The notes beneath the pieces are model-generated. The model was given only the letters and a program-made list of their open reading frames with translations, did no database searches and had not been told where the DNA came from. From Styela clava (Eukaryota): DNA of 64,000 bases. Shown here one piece after another: positions 22,001 through 34,500 of this stretch; the stretch's first letter is position 1; each line of letters begins with the position of its first letter. Location: contig NC_135257.1 of the NCBI RefSeq assembly GCF_964204865.1, forward strand, positions 5,580,001 to 5,644,000, in the 5' to 3' direction. A program made the translations under genes and the position numbers.

Positions 22001-23971
22001 TTGGCAACAGATGCCGAGCCGACTCCATGTTCGAGTATCATATTCCAGCCCATCAGAAAACCCCACAGTTCCCCCATCGTGACATACGTAAATATATATG
22101 AAGATCCTAAAAAAAACAAAAAGCGAAGGATTTTGATATATGCCATATTTCGCATAGGTTTATACCTCAGAGAGAAAAGAAATGGATTAATTCAATTTCA
22201 CAGCTTGTTTCTTTGACAAACAGATGTCAAAACGTTTTACTGACCAGGTTAATATAGAAAAAGGGAACAAATTTATATTAACTAGATTAACAGTAACAAC
22301 AATGCCAAATATTTGACTATTTCCTAGTTGTACATTCAGAAAGAAGGACACAAATATTGAAGATTACTTAATGTCAGTCATCTCAGTTTTAAATTGTTGT
22401 TCACCATTCGCAATTGATGTTTAATTGTCTACGTGTAGAAATACTTTGCAAAATAATATTAAGATGATGCACTCTTAAAAAACCTGTGGTTGGTATTCTC
22501 GCTCCAAATTCAGCGTAACATAAAGCCGATAAAAATGCTGCAAATGCTGCCAGTAAATAACTTATAGGAACTGCTGGCCCACTTGTATTTTTTGCCACTG
22601 CTCCTGTCAGAACGTATATACCAGCACCCAACATTCCGCTGATCTAGAGTGAAAAAATCACTGTGAGTCTTCAAATAGAAAATCGTTAGTTAAAAAATAA
22701 AATATGATATATGTGAATTAAATAACAGGGAATTTGTACTGTAGAAAAAACGTTAGAATTGGCTTTAATCGGTGTTTTCAAAAAGTATTGAACCAGACCA
22801 GACAGATCACCGACCGACGTCAGGGAACAATCGTCAGTTTACGGCTTCCTTTTTGCAATTTTAAAAAATTCTAAATAACGGGACGAGCGCGATTTCCATC
22901 AACTATACAACAAACTAGCAAATATAATAGTAACACAGAGTAAAATTGATCTTACCATTCGTGGTTTAATGAATAATAAATGCTGGCATATTGCCCGAAC
23001 AATACCTATGGTGCGGTTTAAGTGTAATAATAATTAAGCATAAGCCGCAAACACTCGTTTCCACCCTTTCATTATTTTCGCTATTTAGAAATTTCCAGAA
23101 TATTTTGTCCAAACGCGGGCAAAGGATAAATAAAGTTTTATATACACGTTACCACTCTTCCCACACTGTCTCAACTTAACAGTTTTGCGAAAGAACCGGA
23201 ATATGTATTATTCATGTGAAAGGTACAATCGTTAAACTGTTTTATATATATATAAATATATATATATATATTCTTAGTTTATTTTTTGCATCGCCGACCA
23301 AACCTGGAAGAATGATAATCTGACAAACTATCTTACACACAAACGTACAAACAATAGAATTTTCGTTATGATAACATATGTTAATAATTTGACATTTTAC
23401 TTTTAAAAATCGGAAATGGATATCAGCGTTACGTCAGTTATTCAATGAATGTATGTAAGTATTTTAGTACGGTTGACGCCTAACATTCTTACATGATGAA
23501 ATCAAAATATCTGAAAGTCTGTGCCTTTTCTTACTTGTTACTGTTTTGATATGGGGCAATTGTTTTTAGCGTATTTAGGCTTGAATCCATTTACTTTATC
23601 TCTAAACAGCTCTCTGTTGGAGTATCGCTGGTTGCAGTCTCCAAATGTGTTTAGGTTTGGGACGATGGTGTTACGACGGTCGGTGTCAATTCTTAATAAA
23701 TCCAACAAATTTCAAAAACTTGCTTTTAAAATATTGGGAGATCTTGTAAATCGATCAAGCATATGACATTTCAAATTTTACGTAATTTTCAACGTTTTTA
23801 GAAAGATGTGTAGCACGGCTGCTTTCTACGATTAAATATAGATAATAAAAAACTAACGCCAAGTAATGTTAAGTCCAATATTCCAAGACATCTTCTTAAT
23901 TCAGTTGTCAGAAGATTTTCATCCAGAGATTTCCTTCGATTGATGTTTCGGCAAAATACTTTCAACCACAT
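14339..23971 (-). CDS. Cationic amino acid transporter (SLC7A14/SLC7A4-like, APC family), 719 aa, 13 coding exons
   Basis: Exons 23971-23858, 22643-22484, 22106-21955, 21004-20818, 19064-18953, 18402-18265, 17525-17404, 17183-17095, 16815-16599, 16352-16251, 15785-15322, 15071-14963 and 14532-14339 total 2160 nt with consistent phases. CAT motifs: [81 protein letters not shown]. The exact paralogue is not assignable. Confidence 0.92.
15812..16119 (+). mobile_element. Non-autonomous Helentron-associated (HINE/DINE-1-like) element, copy 1
   Basis: Shared with 60902-61205. Subterminal IR ACTTATCGATC (15840) / GATCGATAAGT (16103), (CAAA)n(CAGA)n microsatellite at ~16015-16074 and 3' stem-loop ACTTACCGATCTTAAGATCGATAAGT. 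Confidence 0.65.
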
Positions 23972-25832
23972 TGTAACTTGTGACGATTTCTACAAATATT
24001 ACCTGTTGTAACTTTAAATGAAATTATAAAAACCCGTACTCAAACTAATAACACGACAGGTTCGAAGACCAACTGCCAAAGTTTGTTTTCTGCTGATAAA
24101 TACTAGTCAATAAGAATAAAAGACCCCAGTACCAATAACATTATGCTTGAAAAAATATTTCTATCAGACCTTTCGTACATATGTATACTATTAAACTACT
24201 GGAAACGAGCGAAATCGCCACCAGTTTATAGTTGTGTATTTGAACATTCTTATTATAAAATCCATGCAATTAATATCACGCTCGCTACGCTGATTTCACA
24301 CTTCACCTGTCCAATAAGAAGTAATGTAAGTTATTTACAGAAGAATAAAAAATATAATCCTATCTGATTGCCAGAGATAATGAGATGAACATATGTCATC
24401 AAATCTGAGTAAAAAACTTGTAGTCCGCTTTAGTGAACTAAATTATATATTTAGTGTAGATAAACAAAATATATCTATAATATAAAAACTAAAAATGCTT
24501 CAGATGCCGTTCAGACTACAGGTACCGAGAGTTCTTTCTATACTCCACTCAGGGCGGATTTTCAGCTAAAATCCGTTACATGATATCGATTGTATTCGAT
24601 AATGACAGGCCAATTCGGTGTATCAAAGCGCGAGATACTACAATATGTGCATTACAATGAATAGGAAATTCTACACATCCATGCGGGTAGATGATTTGTT
24701 ATATGTAGACGAAATTATGTCGCCTCTACACTGTATAAGCGCGTTATTTTCAACAAGTTTTTGTGAAAAATATGATTATAAAAATATTTGCGTATCATAT
24801 ATACTGAACGTTTAGTTGCAGGACGTAGACTAAATATTAGAATAATGTAGATTAGGAATGGCTTATAACACTGAGCGACCGTGAAACCGCACTAATTCTT
24901 AGAATCAATCTGATCTGACACTCATTTAAACTACCTTCACTTAAATAGCTTGGAGTAAAATTCTACAAATATAGGTCAGAATCCACACTATAGCAAACAA
25001 ATAACCGGTTTGGATTTCTCAATGTGCGTTCCACTATACTGTCATGCGTAAGTATCAAGATCTTCGTATTCTACTCTTACTTCAAGGCTTGTGATTGCTG
25101 TCGAATAAACCTTTATCAACGGCTCATTTTTGGAAAAAACGATTTCACTTGGGAAGTACCGCAATTCGGCGAAATCGTTCAAGTCTGACGATTTTCAGAA
25201 TCTACCGTGCGCTTTCATATAACCCAAACATTTAGTCTCGTTCGTTTCATTTGTTTTCTTAAAAGAATTTTTGCGTTCATTACCACAGTCACGGTTTCAA
25301 GTGCGTCACGAATTACGGGGTTAATAAAATACGCCGTTCGGGGTTGTGATAGTAGTCCGCACATAAAAATAACCTAGTACCATTTCCCATATTTCGTTCT
25401 AGGTATGCAAGTATACTATTTAAATATACGTCCCGGTCCCGCATATAAAAATATATTTTTATACTCTCAAACTGTCAAATTGTTGTTTCTACATTTCGTC
25501 AAATTTAGAAAACAAAATTCACCGAGCGCGTATCTGTTTTAAGATGAGTCAGTTGCTTGATAATAGGAATCAACAGCAGTTACTGTAAAATCTCTGAATC
25601 TCGTTTAGAGGTTTTATGACATCATGACAGAAAACGTATTTATTCTTAAAGATTTGTCAGTAACGGTAATTGACAACCTTATTCTTACGACATACCGCAC
25701 GGTACACTAATTACTCTTGCCATGATCGATAAAATATTGTTTGGAAACCTTTATTGTATTTTAGCTCTTTGTTGCCAATAATTCGAAATTGTTGGGTTGG
25801 GTCTTTTTGTAACTCGAGTTATGAGCTCGAGG

Positions 25833-26120
25833 CTGCTTCACTCAGGGTTTCAGGTTCATATATTTGAGCATTGCTTTCTTGTAATACATTAGAATACCGA
25901 ATTTTAACGCAATTAACAGCAAGTCGCGAAGGACCAGAACTGGTCATTATGAACCTGCACACCAATATTCAAAACGAGTCGAAAACAAAAATTGAAATGA
26001 AAAAAAAATATACATCTGAATTTAACTTGTTAATTTGTCTCTTTGGATTTCAAACAACAAGGGACAGCTTGGTCCGCAAGCCTGTATTTTTTTCGGATTT
26101 AATTTTCCCACCCGGAGCTT
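25833..26120 (+). repeat. Direct repeat copy A (~280 bp)
   Basis: CATATATTTGAGCATTGCTTT...GAAGGACCAGAACTGGTCATTATGA...TTTCAAACAACAAGGGACAGCTTGGTC...AATTTTCCCACCCGGAGCTT is repeated at 27876-28137. Confidence 0.9.
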
Positions 26121-27875
26121 TTTCGACGATATATTATACAAATACAGTACGATTCTATAAGGAAATAATCCGTTTTTTCGGCTATATCCCAGTCCGCCCG
26201 AAAAATACGTAAGCTAATAAAAGCCTGACGCATTACATATATGTCCGTCAGCTGATTTGACTTGTGTGCTTGAAATGGTGGCAGATTGTAGACGTACAGA
26301 AAAGATATATCGATTTGACAACGTTTACTCAACTATATATATATGTATATATATGTACTCAATAATAATATGAAATTCTCAAAGTGATATCATATAATAT
26401 TGATTTCACAAACATATATATTTCATACACCAAATGGTTATTCATGTTTAAATGAATAGATCTGAATTTGTGTGCTTTTAAAAAGGCGGAACGGGTAATA
26501 ATATTATTTGTTTTGGTATGTTAATGCCGTGCTAATAATCTCAGATTCGTTTCTTTTCAATTTCTTGATTCCAGAACTCATATGTGAATATGTTATGTTT
26601 TTATTAGTCGGGAAAGGTTGGCAAATTACAATAGAAGGAAAGACATCTGGGTTCTGGTACTCGACCAGAATATTCTTTTGTTATACTGCAGTCAGTTTAT
26701 GTGAGATTAAATTGTGAGATATGGCCACGGCGATTAAATGAATAGGGCATTTTAACTTATTTGATGAACGACAAATTCGAAAAGTAAGTATAGTTACCAA
26801 CATAAAAGTTTTATAGTAAATCTAATGAAATATGTGATATTTTCATAATATGTTCTTATATTTTTAGTATAGGATAAGGTGGGCTACGGTGGTACATGGG
26901 ACACAGTGAAAAATCAGCTCTCACACTATATCCGGAATCAGTCATGCGTTTTGATGTTCGACTCCGCCTTTTGGCGAGTTACGACGTTCCCGCAAATGAA
27001 CAGCGACTGTGCAAAGTGACACAAGATGTGAGATGAAGATGTTTTTAGGGGGTTGAAACAAAAACTTCACCATCCCCATCTTTTTTCTACTTTAGCCTTT
27101 CTAACAGGACAAACCATGTCTGGCATTTTTAGCTCTAGTCCACTGTGAAATATTCATAACGTTGGCGAGTGATGTGCCTCCTTAATCGTGATATGAAGCA
27201 GTTTGAAAAAGTTTGATGCCTCTGCGAAACAATGGACCAGGGTTCTGCGGGACATTATCCACTGGGCACAATTTGACAGTGTTTGATCCATTGGGTGATT
27301 AGGTCATAGAGATGCATCATGTTATGTGTAATATTGGGATATCTTTTGGCCCATGGCCCAATATTGAATATACTCTCGATTCAAAAAAAATTTCAGAGTG
27401 TATTCGAAAAAGTAAATTATTTGCCTTTGACCGGAATTAGACATTTTACTTGTTAGTATATAAATGTAGGTTTTGTTGTTTTATTGACACGGTGAACAGT
27501 TCAGTGATTAAAAAACATACACTTTTGTGTTTTGTTCTTTTTGAGCAGTACTCAAACAAAGAACTGTCACCGTCGAGAATGAAGGTTTCAGAACTCATTT
27601 TCAATTGGTTGAAATTAGGCATAATTCAAAGGTGAAACAATGAATTTACTTCAAATTCAATGATACGAATTTAAAATAGGTAATACCACAATGGCAGACG
27701 CTCTAGATATTGTTGTCGACAGAAGGCTAAAATATCTGTGAGTTCTAGGGCATTCGTTTTTCATTTCGAAGTTTTGTGTGGTGACGCCATAAGAATTAAA
27801 AATTGAGCACCGTGATCACATCTAGGGTAGCTGATGGTCAGACTATACCGATATATACTGTAAAAGAATTGTTAC

Positions 27876-28137
27876 TGCTTCATTCAGGCTTCAGGTCCAT
27901 ATATTTGAGCATTGCTTTATTGTATTACATGAGAATACCGAATTTCATCGCAATTTACAACAAGTTGCGAAGGACCAGAACTGGTCATTATGAGTTTGCG
28001 CACAAAGATTTAAAACGAGTCAAAAACAAAAATCGAAAGAAAAATAACTTGTTAACTCTTTGTGTTTCAAACAACAAGGGACAGCTTGGTCAGCAAGCCT
28101 GTATTCATTTGGAGTTTAATTTTCCCACCCGGAGCTT
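27876..28137 (+). repeat. Direct repeat copy B
   Basis: Diverged copy of 25833-26120. Confidence 0.9.
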
Positions 28138-28142
28138 GCTGA

Positions 28143-28710
28143 CATAATTTCTGCAGAAATATCTTCTCGAGTAGTATAAACGGTTGCATAAAACCATTTG
28201 AATCAAATACCTGGCGCATGGCTAAAAGTATAGCCTACCCGTCTGGTAGTGGGCTTGTGTTTTACAATCAACTCAAATATTTTTAAATCACAGTACATCC
28301 CACTCTCTCTTCGTCGAAAGATTGTCAATATTCGAATTCACTATAGACTTTGCTCGCCTAATTTCGGCTTTTACTAGCTTCTCAATAATTACTGCCTAAT
28401 CTGTTAGAAGAAATCAACTAATGCCATTGAATAGTCACATGGCAAGTCATATTCGGGTCACACCACAAGAGACGAAGTTAGTCGAAATCATCTGATTCTA
28501 GCCTCTCTTTCATCCGATGAAACATATATATACCGGTATATATATATATATATCTGATATCACATCAATTTTCTCTCGCTTGAATCTCAACAAACCTCCA
28601 GCCAAATCATTTGCAGAGTCCGGTCCTTGTAACATATTATCGTTCAATGACATCCCATAAAAAGTTCTGACGCCATTGAAAACTACATCGTATTTTGATT
28701 TTTCGTACTG
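28143..28710 (-). pseudogene. Decayed BEL/Pao LTR-retrotransposon pol fragment
   Basis: Manual minus-strand translation gives VVFNGVRTFYGMSLNDNMLQGPDSANDLAGGLLRFKREKIDVISDI..MFHR, then LRLLW, then PTTRR/ILLAMRQVFDSNGFMQPFILLEKIFLQKLC. These match the Pao RT and downstream motifs SLNDxLxxGP, LLRFR, ADIxxMF and (F/Y)DPLG. Frameshifts, stops and a (TA)n insertion interrupt it. Confidence 0.75.
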
Positions 28711-31553
28711 TGACGTCCCAATTACAAAGTTTTGTCAGCAATCATCAGTAATATCAGTAGGCTAACTCGGCATCAGATTCTGGTACACCCATTATTCGAG
28801 TAATGAGAGGCTGTCCCCAATTCAGTATCACTCACGTAGCCCACACTGGGAAATAGGCTACTAGATTTCAAATTGTCTCAAATCGCCTTTATTTAGGAAT
28901 CATTTTCTTAAACCTCAGGTATTTCCACAATCAATGTTTATTATCCGACCAACAAAGTGGACAATTAGACGTAGTGATTGCCCTCTACTGGGTCTCGCCG
29001 GTGAACAAGCACGAAATACAGAAAGAAGTTGTCTCAAATCCGTTGCTGTCCGACCTAACAGCGACCATGAAAAGCAATATGTTATAAAGCTTTATCAAAG
29101 AGACGAGTACTTTAGCTAACACCGGACGAATCCACAAAATACTAATGGCCTGTTATGTTTCCAAATACTGAAAATGAGATTTATTTTACTGGGAACAAGC
29201 AGCAACTGGCACTAATAAGTCGGATTGACCTTCGATACACAAACCGAAAAAGAATTTCCAATAAGTTTATACTGCATAAATGTAAGTATGGCCAACACAT
29301 ATACCAACTAAGATACCTACATTACCTAGGACGCTGTACACTTCCGTTCAAGTCCGTCAAATGCTGATAAATTTTGAAGATAAATGCGGATTTTTCGCTC
29401 CCTTATTTCAATTCCATAGCGAGACAGATGTTGAAAGATCTACTACAACCTATCTTTATTTGAAATAATGATTTTATTGCTGCTGTTGTCTGACATGATC
29501 ATAAAACGAAAATAATAATCAGGATAAAAACGAAAAACAAAAATAATGCGGAAGGTAAGCAGCAAATAAATACGACTATTCACACATTGAAGAAGCCGGA
29601 CCTTGGATAGCACTCGGTGCAGGTAGCCAGGTAACAACTATTATGACACGCCAATGCCAATGTACTTCACAAGCAAACATGGTTAGCTCATATTTTGCAG
29701 GGCATATCACTCACCTACCAGTAGGTAATAATTTGAAAAATCTTAACTTCAGTTTATGCCTGATTTCAGCAGTAAGAATAGTTACATATCTTGCAATCTC
29801 CAGATATGACAGCAGACTTAAGTTTGGGGATGTACCAACATCAAGTGTTTGTTAACATCACGAACATAAAATGTTTTGCTTATCACATACAGATAAATTA
29901 TAATTTCACAGATGATACCCAAAACATTTAGCCAAAATGTTGGACATAAACAATGTGTTTTGACATCATAGAAAGAAGCCAGTCACACATAACAATTCCT
30001 GTTTTAAAGAATGTTAATGTTACCAATAAAAAAACGGACACTGATTGCACATGACAAATTTACTACGATTCAAAATGGAATTAATCCCTATTATATTGCA
30101 AGTTATATTGAAGGCATCTCCCAGATAGACCTCAAAAACGAACTTGCGAACCAAGGCAGGGTAATCAGAGGTGCGGTCACAAGCGTATTTATTCTTAATG
30201 CTTAGCACGATGTGCCACACCCACGAGTAATTTAAAAAACAATACCGAAAGTAAAGATTTGGGCCTTGGATGATACCTTGATTGAGAAGGTTTTTGGAGC
30301 ATACATATTGTTCTATATCTCACAATAGTGTACTCAAAGAACCATGTTAATTAAAATAATTAAAGGTCGCAGAGATAAGTCTACAGCAGCCTTGGTGAAA
30401 CTACTTTTCAAGCAACAGTCAATCCTTGAATTTATGTTTTCATGAATCTTGCAGATGATGGAATGTTGCGAAAAATTTCAACTAGAATGAGATTGCAAAA
30501 AAAATCAAAATTAAGGTAATGTAAATTGTAACATGAAGATGGAAACAAATTTCAAAAATATGTCAAAATTTTAGATTCTTAAATTTAACAATTGGAATTT
30601 TTGTAAAGAACATCACTATCTTCACCTTTGCGGTTTATATTATAATCCAGTACAGGCATGCACTGTAGAACACTAAGCATGTGCGTCAATTATTGAAAAA
30701 AAAAAAACCTATTTACGATTTATTGATTGCATTCCTGACACCACGCAGCTCATAACTGATGAACAAACGAATTGACAAAAAAGAAAATATTTTTATCTTG
30801 AAGCCTTTAGTCTAGTGTCAGCTCCATCCAATGTAGATAAAATATTAGGAATTAAATAATACAAACATTAAATACAAAATATAGGTTAGATTAGATAATT
30901 GGTAACAGACTAGATAAATATTCTGTTAATCCAATAAATTCCTGAAGTTTTCGAAACACAAGAGCTTGTTGTTCATGTATCTTTATAAAAATTAGATGTT
31001 GTTGATGGCAAAAAGCTTCAGTGAGTCACAATTTTTTATAATTTTATAAAGTTTGACAAAGATTGTATCAGTCGAAACCGGAAACAGCTTTTGGGCAAAT
31101 TTCGAAACAATAGAGGGGTCCTTTAGCTCAAAGTTCAGAAATACCATGGGCTATGACAATAAATATACAAACACGAAAATGAAAAAAAAATTGGAATTCC
31201 TAAAAATTATTGTCAGAATATATTATAGCAATAATATTTATTATCAATGTAACATGAAGTCGAAAATGGATAAAGTTGAAGACAATCGGTGTTGAATGAC
31301 ACAAATTTTGTCACTTGAAATTATATTTGCTCAATGGTATCGCATGAGGCATGATGTGCCTGCTTGCCACAATTCATATTATGGTAATTGAATATAATTA
31401 ATACAACACAACACAATACTGGAAAAGTGGCGAAGGAAAAATCTTTTAAATTTTGCAATGTTGACTGGCATATGCTTTTCAATCATTCCTTCACTTTCCC
31501 TCGTGTTTGGAGACATTTTCTTCACAGCATTGATCTCCATTTAATAACATCAA

Positions 31554-34500
31554 TCATGCCCAAATCTGAAAAGTAGCGAATTCAGGGATGTTACAAGCTG
31601 GAAAAAGACTACAGAGACGTGTGTTACTTCCTTCAAGTTTAGCCAAGGCCTGATATCTCCACTCTCCAGTAGATATCACCAGTGCGAAAGCCAAAAAATA
31701 TGATTGAAACCAAATTTTGGTTTTACAAATGGCACTAAAATGCCTATAGCCAATTTAGATGATAGCAAAGAAATAAAATAATAAGCAAAAATTAACTGCA
31801 GATATGTAAAAATGTGAAAACCATACCATTTATATTACCACATATCAACATTTCCATCCAATAGAATCATAAATAGAATCTGACTAACCCATATGTTAAT
31901 GCAATCTTATTCTCCCTATCATATTTCAAATGGGCAGTACACACAGAGAATCCGATGTCATTATGAGGCTTTTATGAAGGGTTTCATACAAACTTTCGAA
32001 TAGCCAGCCACTAGGACGAAGGAAGCACGCCAAAACCAGATTTTTTCAGTCTTGACAAAGCCTACACCACAGGTGAAGTTTTGGGGCTGAGTTTAGAAAC
32101 TCATTCTCAAGCAATTGTTCGAGATGGCTAAGTTTTGAGTTCTCTATTATCCATAAATGGCGAAAATGAAAAAAATATCAACTGGAAATATAAGCTTACC
32201 CGTAATGTTGTATCCCAACTGCCAGAACAAAATGCTGTTCCATCAGGTGACATTCTTAAAGTACTAACTCTATTTTCATGACCAAATAATGCCCCAATCT
32301 TTATCCCTTGAATTGTATCCCATGCATGAATCAAATAATCATTGTAAGCTCCATACAATACTCTTCCTGAAATTAAATAACGAAAATTAGTTGCCACAAA
32401 AGGCCAAACCATATATTTTTACTATTCCGAATACATTCTGATAAAACATTTTCAAATATGGAATATTGAATACATTCTGAATTGGGGGGAAGTTTGTGTG
32501 GAAAATTACCTACGATAAATCACTATATCTTTGTGATAATCATTTACAACAACATAAATATAAAGGCCATTGTTTTTTCTGTGTTGTTTGTTACCCGTTG
32601 AGATATCGAAGTTTGATCTGCTTGTCTGATGTCTCAAAATCCCTAATTTTTCAATAAAAATGTACTGAACTATTCCTAAATTCAAAAATTTATTTCATCG
32701 ACTATAATGCATTTCGAATGTATCCGATTCTATTTGGATATCCCCAGTCAACAGTATTGAATTTACTTCACTAGCTCATGGAATTTTCAAAAAATGAATC
32801 TAATTGAAAAAAAAAGGAAACACATACCACTCAGAGAAAAGTCAACTGCATTTACTCCAAATAACACAGATTTCTTCTGGTAACAAGCGATCTCCTTGTC
32901 AGCACGAAGATCAAACAAACGTATCTATGAATAAATAAATGAAGTCGTTGTTATAGCTTTATAGCAACAATCAAATAATAAAAACACAACACAGGTGCTG
33001 AAAAGATATTGATCAGATTCAGAACAGAACAATCAAATTTGAAGTGAATGTAGTAGTGCTTCCACTTCACTATGTCTCACTCAAATAACAATGTTGTGCC
33101 CTTGCCTGGAGAACCAAATAATTCAGTGTGAAAAAAAACTACAATAAAAATACATAGAAAGAATAAGTAATGCCAGTGCAAAAATGAAATGCAAATAATA
33201 TAGTTCTTTCAAAGTATAATATAAGTTCTGTCAATGTATGGTTGGCTAGAGCTACCTGACATTAGTGAGAAAACTATAATATGAAGGAATAGAATTTAAT
33301 TTAGTATGAAAAAGCACATTGCAGCAAAATTGCAAAGCAAAAATGAATGGAGTGATAAGTGAAGAGATATTTTTCAGAAAAATTTATTTTTTTAACATTA
33401 TAAAATATTGTACCTAACTCATATTATTGCAATATTAAATGGGTCAAATTTTATAACATAAGATTTGACATACATTAACGCCCATGCAAAAAAGAATGCA
33501 AACATATATTCCGTAAATTTTTCGAAGAAACAGAAGTACATACCTTTCAGATAATATGAAGAATTGAGATGAACAGACAAAACACCAAAACAAAATGAAC
33601 AAATAACAAACAACATGAAAATCGACAGTGACCAGTTGGCATGCAAAAGCAAACATAGAGTGACAAGTGAAGTAAACACCTGTATGGAAAAGAAAGTATG
33701 ACAAAGAATGTTCAAACATGAACCTAATTTTGCTATATTCATAAATATAAAATCAAAGTAGTTTTAATAGCCAATAGTGTAAGGATTTGATCAAAACAAA
33801 ATTTTAATTTGAATGTTATTCGAAACTATGTTCCAGATGATCAAACTATATTTCTTATAAATTCAAAATAATTAGTATTTTTGTAAAACTTTACAGAAAA
33901 TATCGGCATATATTTTGATATATAGCAAAGTTGCCCAGTTGAATTATATAATATTTATACGTAACATAATATCAAACAACTTGGATATGTAGTCTAACGC
34001 TTTACAAGTTAGGCCCACACGCCCACTAATAAGTGTGAAAAATCTTTCAGCACTATTAGATATGACCACCTGTTTCGATCATTAATATTATTTAAATAGA
34101 ATTCTGGTCATCAACGAAAGAAAAACGCAATTTATGGAAGCTATTATTGTGTCTTTATGCAAAGTAGAATTTGAGGAAATAAAGCAGCAAAAAGCATGAG
34201 AGCTAGGTTACAACAGGTGTTAAAATCAGCCATTGATATTAAGCAGCCAATTTTTTTAAACATAAATTTTCTTTATGATTGGAATGTAGTGGTTAAAAAT
34301 ACTCATTGGTCTCGCATTCAAGAAATCGAATATTATTATAGAGTACAAAGGATGGAATAAAAGGAGTGCACATGCGACATATATAATGAATGATGGGTAC
34401 TCCAGAAGTATGTGTACCAATATGAAAGTAACTAATTTGTTTGCCTATTTTACATCAAGTTGTGTGAAAGGAACACAGACTCGTAAAAGAACTAAAATAA

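Noticed and set aside
26870-27410. Possible decayed pogo-like transposon between the direct repeats
   Set aside because: Only a vague end-like motif; no matching second TIR or translatable transposase motif was found.
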